64,000 bases of DNA, taken from assembly GCA_951406725.2 (NCBI GenBank), contig OX597826.1, positions 68,138,001-68,202,000 on the forward strand, in the 5' to 3' direction. The translations under genes and the position numbers were made by a program. Each line of letters begins with the position of its first letter. Position 1 is the first letter of the stretch. Under the pieces are notes generated by a model. The model did no database searches, was not told the origin of the DNA, and saw only the letters and a list, made by a program, of their open reading frames with translations. This stretch comes from Octopus vulgaris (Eukaryota). Shown here piece after piece: positions 53,238-64,000 of this stretch.

Positions 53238-53625
53238 TTCAAATTTTGACACAAGGCCAGCAATTTCGATTGAGGGGATAAGCCGAATACATCGACCCCA
53301 TTCTTCAAATAATATTTATTTTATCTACTTCGATCGAAAGGATGAGAGGCAAAATCGACACCGGGGGCTAAGCATTTTTGTCAGGCGCGCTATTGATTCC
53401 GTCGCATTGCTGTGTTTAGGTTACATCTATACCCGTTTCATATTGGCACAATGCCAGCAATTTTGGTGATGTAGGTCGATTATATCGACTCCAGTACTCA
53501 ACTTGTATTTGTTTTATTGACTCTGAGCGGATGAACTGCAACGCCAACCTCTTTGGAATTTGATCTCAGAAAGTAACGAATGACGAAATACCGCTAAGCA
53601 TTTTGCCCAGCGATTTAGAAACTCT
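53238..53625 (-). mobile_element. two old family B SINE remnants
   Basis: ACAAGGCCAGCAATTT, ATCGACCCCA, GACGAAATACCGCTAAGCATTTTG. Confidence 0.6.
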
Positions 53626-53686
53626 ACAACATTGATTCCTAAGATAACATTTACACAAACCCCTTTTTTGTTGGAAGCGTGAATAT

Positions 53687-53847
53687 GTGCAGGAGTGGCT
53701 GTGTGGTAAGTAGCTTCCTTACCAACCACATGGTTCCCGGTTCAGTCCCACTGCGTGGCACCTTGGGCAAGTGTCTTCTACTATAGCCTTAGGTTGACCA
53801 AAGCCTTGTGAGTGGATTTGGTAGACGGAAACTGAAAGAAGCTCGTC

Positions 53848-53933
<86 letters not shown>

Positions 53934-54120
53934 TTGTGTGTCTGTGTATGACCCCCCCAACATCACTTGACAACCGATGCTGGTGTGTTTACGTCCCCAT
54001 CACTTAGCAGTTCGGCAAGAGAGACCGATAGAATAAGTACTAGGCTTACAAAGAATAAGTCCTGGGGTCGATTTTCTCGACTAAAAAGCGATGCAGTCAA
54101 ATGCCTGAAACAAATAAAAG
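53687..54120 (+). mobile_element. family A SINE
   Basis: Complete head and arms with internal (TA)n(TG)n; tail partly deleted. Confidence 0.92.
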
Positions 54121-55112
54121 AAAGAAAGAAAGAAAGAGGGCTCTATTTAAAGAAAGAAAGAAAGAAAGAAAGAGGGCTCTATTTAAAGTTGCCCTCCCCT
54201 CGTTTATCTGTTATCTTGTAGTGATATGTACATTTTTAGAACTTTATTATATTTTGTTAACTAAAGTGTAATTATGTTGTCTTTTCATTCTTTCGTTTTT
54301 GTATTTTCTGTTTTCGGTGGCAGTGTAGTTGCATATTTCCATTTGTGTTTCCTTTATTTATTGTTTTTGTTGATATGTTCGTTGTGCGTGTGGACGACTA
54401 AGGTGGAGGTTTGTTTTGTTTTTTTAGTTCAATACCAGTTTTTGTTTTTCATGTTGCGCCAATCACTTTTTTTGGGGGGTCTTTTGGTTCGTTTGCCTAG
54501 GCACTATCCAACAGATATTCCTCCGCTTCTCGTTATTTGATGAAACGTCGGAACGGAGGGTTGACGGTTGGTTGATGTACGTGCTTTTGCGATGGCCGTG
54601 TGAATTGGTGATTTCTGCAAAGAGGAGACATTTCTGTGAGACGTCTTTCGAAACTGGCAGCGTCTTCTCCCTACCTTCGCCCTGATTTTGAGTTTTGTTA
54701 CTGTTTCTTTTGCTTCTGTTACTATTGATCTATTGGCAGTTATATTGGTGGCAGCAAGGGACTTTCATCCACTCTCTTCAGAGCTGAAAGCTATCTAATG
54801 TTTCGGTGCTACCACATGTAAAACACCTACGTCTTCTCTCTGCCACAAGTTGTTAATTTAATACAGTCGAGGACTATTTGGAAGTCTACAGTTGTGGGTA
54901 GCATTTTTTAAAGCGCAAGCTGAACTGCTGATCAGTTCCAAGAAGTTGAAGTGAAGATTTTATTTCTATTATTTCTTTGTGTTCCTCCAGTAGCATTACT
55001 ATGTGTGTTGGCTCGTGAGGGAGTGGTGCAATATGATGTTATAAACTGTATTGTTTTGGAGAGTGTTGGGGGAAATGTACGGTAGGACATTCAATTCCGA
55101 TATATTTTACTG

Positions 55113-55368
55113 TTTTACTCTTTACTCGTTTCAGTCATTTGACTGTGGCCATGGTGGAGCACCGGCTTTGGTCGAGCAAATCGACCCCGGAACTTATTCT
55201 TTGTAAGCCTAGTACTTATTCTATCGGTCTCATTTGCCGAACCGCTAAAGTACGGGAATGTAAATACACCAGCATCGGTTATCAAGCGATGTTGCGGGGA
55301 CAAACAGAGACACACAAACACACACGCACACACACACATACACACACAGACACACAACATATACATAC

Positions 55369-55405
<37 letters not shown>

Positions 55406-55518
55406 AATATACGACAGGCTTCTTTCAGTTCCTGTCAACACTTGCCCAAGGGGCCACGCAGTGGGACTGAACCGGGAACCATGTGGTTCGTAAGCAAACT
55501 ACTTACCACACAGCCACT
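55113..55518 (-). mobile_element. family A SINE with left-arm deletion
   Basis: Collinear with 30041-30488. Confidence 0.88.
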
Positions 55519-56450
55519 TCTGTTTTATATCCTAGATACTGAATTTCCGAATTGCTTGGCTTGTCGTATTCCATTACCGATTACGGATAGTGTGTAATTC
55601 CTGACAAACATTGTAACCTTCAGCTCTGGAAGGCTTTTGTCACGGATGTTTGAATTGGATACGACTACAAATCCTTTTGACTAAGTTATAAGGAACATTT
55701 ATTTTGGAGCATCGTGGATGGCAGGAATTGAATGAAAGATATTGTTTGCAGTTTATAGTAAATGTCTGTCTCTATTTGGCTGTTGACTTTTTTTATAATG
55801 ATGTCTAAAGATGAGAGTTGGTTATGATTATATTCCACGGTGAAATATATGTTTAATTCTAAAAAAGAATGTTACAATCGTCATTGTCTTGGAGCTATTT
55901 TCGAAATATACGTGTATATATTTAAAGCATGTTTCTATATTTTCGTAGTGAGTTTTGGTAGATGAAGGAACTGTTTATCCTCATCACATTAAAATAATTT
56001 TTTCCGAAAAATGTCATTAATCTTAGAGTAAGAAGAAAGTTATCATTGATGATTGCATGCAAAAAGAATTATAAATTATTTCGTTATGCGATGGAGCTAT
56101 TCACGTGTATCATTATCTAAACTGAATTTAATGGCTTCAATTCTTAACACGTGAGTGATATTAGAAATATTTGAATAAATATACACTACATCAGCGTTTT
56201 TCATTGATTTTATTTCGGAAGATGGATTAGCACGGATAAACCATCTCTTATGAAACTCGTGGAACGATTGGGGAATAGCTTGACTATCCACTTCTCAATG
56301 TTTCTGCAGTAATGTGGCAGAGAAAGAGAGACAAGTACGGTCCACTCGACTACAAAGTCTTTCGATGATGCCACAACTTTCATTGGTAGTGGTTACGTTG
56401 ACAATAAAACGACTACAACAATCACTATTTTCGCAGCTGCTACAACTGTT

Positions 56451-56760
56451 GGGAGACGCAATGGGCCAGTGGTTAGGGTAGCGGACTCGCGATCGGAGGA
56501 TCGCTGTTTCGATTCCCAGACTGGGCGTTGTGTGTGTTTATTGAGCGAAAACACCTAAAAAAACTCCACGAGGCTCCGGCGGGCGTTGGTGGCGACCCCT
56601 GTTGTACTCTTTCGCCACAACTTTCTCTCACTCTCTCTCTTCCTGTTTCTTGAGTAACGCTGCCATGGACTGGCGTCCCGTCCAGCTAGGGGGGAACGCA
56701 TACGCCACAGAAACCGGGAAACCGGGCCCATGAGCCTAGCTAGGCTTGAAAAGGGTGACG
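56451..56760 (+). mobile_element. family C SINE
   Basis: tRNA-like head, then ATGGACTGGCGTCCCGTCCAG (V-domain-like) and a GAAACCGGGAAACCGGGCCC tail. Confidence 0.85.
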
Positions 56761-57636
56761 TTTATCGTTTTAAAAATGTTGACCGTGATGCTGCTGCTAA
56801 TGCTGACAGCCGTTTCTGAAGCTTCCCCTCTGCGCCTACTACACAGACCTAGCAAGAATAATAAAGAATCGAAATCAACAGCTCCATAAGATTTTTGAAC
56901 GAAAATGTGAAATTCCACATTTGATGTCATGAAGGGTTAATGTTTTTTATTTGAATTTACTTTTTGTCTTTTCTCAGCATGAATAAATCTTGTTTATTAA
57001 ACGATTGAAACTGGTAACAATGTAATAAAAGTGTAAATACTTTCTTTCATCAAATATAAATTCCTCAAAGAACGTTCTTCATTCTGTTTTTGAATACGTA
57101 TACATGCATACATGTATGTATATATATATATATATATATATTAATATATGTATATATATTTGTATGCGTGTTTACACATTTACACGCGCACAATCGATTA
57201 CACTCATACACGCACACACAATATTGCTTCGATGAATAATTATACTATGGAACTATACTTCCTTCAAGAACTATATGGCTCTTCACTCTTTTGTTATATA
57301 TACATTTTCTTATTTTCTTTCGCTACCTGTGCATTCCATATTTTGTCTTACTGAACGTCAGTACCTCAGTCTCAAAGACCGTCTCTCTGCCTCCGTATTC
57401 TACCAATTTCTGTAAGTATGTATGCATGCATGTATGTATGTATGTATGTACATATGTATGTATGTATGTATATGTATCTGTATATATATATATTTATATT
57501 TATATTTATATATATATATATATATGTGTGTCTTAAGTATGTACAAGACTATATAAATATAAATAAATGTGTCTCACATCATCACCAGTTACACCACCAT
57601 CTCAATTGCTTTTCCGTCTCAAAGCTCTCTAACTCA

Positions 57637-57676
<40 letters not shown>

Positions 57677-57994
57677 CCAGTTATTTTTGCTTCACAATCA
57701 CCATATCCATATTTCTCATACATTTCGTTGACGCCATTTTACGCGCACCAACCGGAAATGACTTTCACAGAAAGCATTTTAGTTGGTGATTCTCTCACTC
57801 TCGTACAAAGCTAAGCAAAAGCCGAATCAATAATGAAAACATCACCAATTCCATGAATGGCTAAATTTTTCTAGACTTCTTGTCATTTTCATTCTTCAGG
57901 CTTCTACTTTGGAACAACAAAGCTAATAAAACCGAAAAACCAAAGTAATAATAACAATAATAGTAATACTGATAATAATAATAACAATAATAAA

Positions 57995-58028
<34 letters not shown>

Positions 58029-58644
58029 ATTGTAATATAATAGAACATAAGACATATATAATAGATCGAACACAAATTCATACATATACATTCTCGCACA
58101 CACGTATGCACACACGCACATTCGCACACACACTCACACACATACACACGCACAGGGACACATGCTCAAAGACACGCACACATAAACAAAGCTAATCTGG
58201 CACACATAAGGAAAAATTTTTCGGAAAAAAGAAAAGTGCTAAAAAGAGAAAAAAAATGTAACAAAATAGAGTAAAAATTATGCGAAGAACGTACCAAACG
58301 AAGGTTTGAAGAGAAATCTTTTGAAGCGAAAAATTTGACAGTTGTATTGGCCAAAGACGTATGCGTAAGATAATGGATTAAGATAAAAGCTGAGTGGTAC
58401 GGTTTCATATCCGACTGATGGCAATGTGCTTATTTGAGGAAACAACACTGGAGCGTAAAGCCTCACGGTTAATCCGAATGTATGTACTATCTAAAGTACA
58501 CATAATTTTATGCATTTTTGTACACATTTGTGCGTATGTGTTTCAGTACGTATATGCATGTATGTACACGTATAACACTTATATGTGTATATAAATATAT
58601 GTATATATATACGCACGCGCGCATACACAAACACATACACATAG

Positions 58645-58692
<48 letters not shown>

Positions 58693-58953
58693 AGAGAAAG
58701 AGAGTGAGAGAGAGTGAGTGCGAGAGAGAGAAACATATAGTCTAAAGTTTCCTTGAAGTGAGGTCAACAAAGAAATTACTACATCCATTGAGAAATAAAC
58801 ACCATTTAATGTTCACAGTATTCAAATGGGAGCAACAAATATTTCCTTGCTTTGGAGACGCGCGTCTCTGCAGTTTCTTTGCAATTTCGAACGCTGCCTA
58901 GACTCGCGTCTCCAACGCCAGATACTTTTAGCGGATAATGTCATTATACTGGG

Positions 58954-59009
<56 letters not shown>

Positions 59010-59680
59010 TATATAGGTGTGTGTTTGTGTATGTATATATATATATATATAATTCAAAGTGTACTTCGACGTAACGATGTTTATATATTTCTGGATCAAT
59101 TAGTATTCGTTTAATACATTAATCTCCCATGTCCTTCGCGTTAGGAATTCTCCGACCACATCCGACAATACGCTACAATGGAAAGTTTGAGCTACCTCAA
59201 TGAATAACAACACAGTTTACGCTATGAGGTTTGTTACTCTCCTATATACTCATATTTCTACATAGCTAGCATCCCACTTGCCTTATGTTCCGCAAATAAT
59301 ACAATTCCCCCCACCAAATGCTTACGAAGCGTGTTGCGTGCTCATTGAAATGTGTGCTTCTCCAAGTTATGATGTTACACGCTTTACAGAAACTTCCCTG
59401 GCACATAACAGAAACTGTCACACAATAGTTACGGCACAAAATGACAAATAATAAATTCCCTGTTAAAAGATCAGAAAATATTTCAACCCTGATGTTCATT
59501 GTACTTCCACACCCTAGTAAAGAACCAGAAATAAATACTTTTTCAATGGTACTCACTGTACACACTCATGTGCGCGTTACATCCAGGCGGTGGAATATCT
59601 GACCTCATTCAACAATTCTATGACCAATTCTGATCTCTCTCACTTTACTCCTCCTCCTCCTCCTCCTCCTCCTCCTCCTC

Positions 59681-59722
<42 letters not shown>

Positions 59723-59751
59723 GTACTACTACCGCTGCTGCTGCTGTTGTT

Positions 59752-59942
59752 GTTAAGCAGCAAGACGGGTTAGGGTGATTAGGTGATGATCTAGGGCTTA
59801 GGGGCGGGAGACCCCAGATCTTGGAAAAAAAAACTTTGGTCGTCTTGTTGTTGTCGGTGGCTCTTCGTTGACGCCGGACGCTACTGGGAGGTGGCCCTCG
59901 AAGTTGCTGTAAATGGAGGTCTCCAGGTCCAAATTCTTGAAC
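59752..59942 (-). mobile_element. family F repeat inside a (TAC)n array
   Basis: Reverse-complement homolog of 44643-44833. Confidence 0.8.
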
Positions 59943-59946
59943 TACA

Positions 59947-60037
<91 letters not shown>

Positions 60038-60342
60038 TTTACAGAATTGTTTTGCTTGTTTTACCTTACTAAAAACGGTATATCTTCTACCTAGATTAGA
60101 CGACGCCGTTTGACTTATTCATGAATACGTTTACAATCTATGAATGGATTCTAAATACTCTCGTTTTTCTTTTTGCTTCCTTACGATGGTAACATTTCTT
60201 TTTTTGCCAGGACTGTAGCATATGTATAATTCCTGCTGTGATATTAGATTATTTTCGATTATCTTCCAATAATAAGTGTTTTTAATATATTCCCAATGCT
60301 TCAATATAAAGGAAAGGTTTTAGTAAATTCCATGACTCCTCT

Positions 60343-60543
60343 ACTCTTTTACTCTTTTACTTGTTTCAGTCATTTGACTGTGGCCTTGCTGGATCAACGC
60401 CTTTAGTCGAGCAAATCGACCCCAGGACTTATTCTTTGTAAGCCTAGTACTTATTTTATCGTTCACTTTTGCCGAACCGCTAAGTTACGGGGACGTAAAC
60501 ACACCAGCATCGGTTATCAAGCGATGTTGTGGGAACAAAGACA

Positions 60544-60583
<40 letters not shown>

Positions 60584-60798
60584 CATACATACATACATAA
60601 ATACATACATACATACATGCTTACATATATATAAGACAAGCTTCTTTCAGTTTCCGTCTACCAAATGCACTCACAAAGCTTTGGCCGGCCCGAGGCTATA
60701 GTGGAAGACACTTGCCCAAGGTGCCACGCAGTGGGAGTGAACCCGGGACCATGTGGTTGATAAGCAAACTACTTACCACACGGCCACAACCTACGCCT
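60343..60798 (-). mobile_element. family A SINE, full length
   Basis: Collinear with 30041-30488. Confidence 0.92.
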
Positions 60799-61377
60799 AT
60801 GAATAGCAATTCCTAGTACTTTATTATATGAATGGTGCTCTACATTTTCGACAGCCAGAGAATGAATGATAAAAATATTGAGGAGATATAAACTAACATT
60901 TAGGAAAATTACAGTACTATTTTTTGTCCGGAACTAACGATTTCTGCGGAAGTGTCGCTTGTAAATCCAGCTCATGGCCCATTGTACACATTCATTCATA
61001 TACGCAAATAGAAACACACGTATGACCATATACACAGGTACACAAGCACACACATATATACGCCCATATAATTACAGGGTTCAAACTGTCCCTTTCTACC
61101 AAATTCCTTCACAGAGCATTAATCTCTCTAGGATTCGCCCAATGAAATTGAAACAGTAACCCACACTCGTGCCTGCGCTGACAAATAATTGCGACCATTT
61201 TACGCTAATGTTAGTGTTGAGCTCTTATAGATCTTGACTAGGTTAGAAGCAAACATGGTATGTAATGATAACATTGATATTTTTAATGTTTTCATTGTAT
61301 GCCTTTATGGTATATTTTCCTTCTTCGCTCCATAAAAGTCGCGCCATTGATAACTTAAGTGTTTCTCCGCCCATTAA

Positions 61378-61603
61378 CCTTTTTCATAGCAATCCGCCTG
61401 GGACTGCCTCTCTCTGTATGTTACAAAAAGTGATTTTTCACTGTGAGATCTAAACTCTCACCATTGTAATTTTATATAAAACCCTTTTGTGAAGTTATAT
61501 TCCAAACGCTAGCTTAATAATGACCAATATATTTAACTAAATCCCTCTTTCATTGTTTTCATGTGAATTGAACTACATCGACAGAAATTTAGATCAAAAT
61601 GGG
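61378..61603. mobile_element. piggyBac-type MITE
   Basis: TTAA|CCTTTTTCAT ... ATCAAAATGGG|TTAA (TTAA TSD, short imperfect TIR). Confidence 0.6.
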
Positions 61604-62616
61604 TTAAAGTTTTCTGATGTTACCTCTGTTTTGACTTTTAGGGGTCATCTATTTCTTTCCTTTATAAAACGTTCCTCATTAGGAATAAGGCTCTCGGCGT
61701 CGATTGGGATCCAGTCGGTGAACATATTCCGCTAATATACATATTGTAAATATAGTTAAACGATGAGGTTAATAAAACGGAAAATTACATTTATTGCCTC
61801 AAAGTCCCATTTCGTTTATTTCTCGTTTTTGTTCTTTCTTTGTATATTTCTCTAGTTTCAATCAGTTAACTATGCCCATCCTGGGACTTTCCAGTCTATG
61901 ATCCAGCAGATTACATCGATCTCTGTTTCGTATTCTAACGACTTCGGAGAGATGAAAGATAAACAAAGACGATCTGTTTATGGATTCTCAATATACCATG
62001 AACGAAGACCTTTGTGTTATTATAAAATAGACTTATTTATCCCGCTCTTTCTCAATGAAATAATGCAGCGTAGTGACGCAAGGAAAACATTCCCAGTAGG
62101 CTTTACGCCTTACGATCAATGACTTAGCGTTTGCACACACCTTTTACATTCAGCTATTTCATTTCGTAACAGCTAAATACAATAAAGAGTTATATAATGT
62201 CATATAATACCACTGTAGCCTTTTTCTATTTAATCTGTTCTTTGTGCATTTTATGCAATCGAAGTATCTTATGACCTTATAACAATGTGGAAGCTAAAGC
62301 ATGGCATAATTCCAAAAGCTATGGCTTGGTATTACATCAACAGTTATAACATGGCATGACTACCACAAAGATCGTATAGCTATACATCAAAGATATAACA
62401 TGCTATTCTATTAGCTATGTCAAAGCGGACAGACAGTGGCTGCAACAAGAGACTTCTTAATTGGATCCCACCAAAATCAAATTTATTGAAATTGCCTATT
62501 TCTCTCGTTTCTTTGTTCGACTCTTTCATTCGATCTCTCTCTCTCTCTTTTTCCTTCATTTATTCCCGTATATGTGTGTACGTGCATGTGCACATTATTG
62601 GTTTTATTATCATCAT

Positions 62617-62648
<32 letters not shown>

Positions 62649-62652
62649 GCAG

Positions 62653-62701
<49 letters not shown>

Positions 62702-62782
62702 GTTATTGTTCTTATTTTTTCATCAACTTGCTGATCATCTATGTTTTTGTGCATGTATGAATGTATGTTTTTATGTATGTAT

Positions 62783-63055
<273 letters not shown>

Positions 63056-63159
63056 TTTGTCTGTCTGTCTACCTGTCTATCTACCTATCTGTATGTCTGT
63101 ATATCTATGTATCTATCTATACACACACACACATATACATATATATAATATATATACAT

Positions 63160-63196
<37 letters not shown>

Positions 63197-63226
63197 CCCA
63201 CAAATATATATACATACTCATATATG

Positions 63227-63285
<59 letters not shown>

Positions 63286-63654
63286 GAGATTGAGTAGTAG
63301 CAACAGAAAAAAACATACAAAAATACAAAAGGAGAAAACGAGTTAACTTCACAATCAAAATTATTAGTTTAATGCCCACAGAGTTCATTATGTATGTCTA
63401 TGAACGTGCGTCTGTGTATGTATGTGTATGTGTTTGTATATGTGTTTATGTATGTGTTCACATGTGTATACGTGCTTGCATACATATATATGTAAGTATA
63501 AATTACAAAACCTCAAAAACGATACAGAACACCGCCGGCCACAAAGGCACACACACACAATTGTGAAACGAAAATTCTCTATAAACATAGACATCTAAAT
63601 TATTATGAACACTGCTGCAGCTGCAGCTATTACAACTACTATTGATAATAATCC

Positions 63655-63820
63655 TTTTTAGTATAGGCACAACGCCTAGAATTTGGGGACAGGGCCCTAG
63701 TCGATTACATCGATCTCCGAAACGATGATAGGCAACGTCGAACCTGGCGGCATTTGAACTCAGATCTTAAGGGGGAGTGGGCGAAATGCTGCTCCCCGGC
63801 TTGGTAACGGTTCTGCCATG
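63655..63820 (-). mobile_element. old family B SINE, followed by (AAT)n to the window end
   Basis: GTCGATTACATCGA...GGCATTTGAACTCAGA...AACGGTTCTGCCA. Confidence 0.65.
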
Positions 63821-63886
63821 ATAATAATAATAATAATAATGATAATACTAATAACAATAATAATAATAATAATAACAATAATAACA

Positions 63887-63962
<76 letters not shown>

Positions 63963-64000
63963 CAACACAACAACAACAACACCAATAACAATAATAGCAA

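Noticed and set aside
56928-56940. piggyBac-like end ATGAAGGGTTAA
   Set aside because: No matching left terminus was found nearby.

Overview
AT-rich animal genomic DNA, most likely an octopus (inferred from the SINE complement and the extreme density of TA/CA/TATC/TAC/ATT/ATC microsatellites). I cannot support any host protein-coding exon; most listed ORFs are microsatellite artefacts. The window is mostly mobile DNA: a nearly intact 5'-truncated CR1-group LINE (47918-50858), a decayed full-length Tc1, a deleted DD37D (maT) element, Penelope-like (PLE) fragments including a GIY-YIG domain, an ORF1-only Tx1/L1-like element nested inside a SINE, a non-autonomous Helitron, several MITEs, a long-TIR element with a 5x98 bp array, and at least five tRNA-derived SINE families built from shared modules. 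The most interesting item is a short element joining a tRNA-like Pol III head, an (AAT)n linker and a minimal hammerhead-ribozyme motif with a PLE-like tail (38132-38462 with a 10-bp target-site duplication; inverted pair at 1321-1803). Two SINE families also share their 3' tails with longer retroelements in the same window. All calls were made by eye without database searches, and boundaries of decayed copies are approximate.
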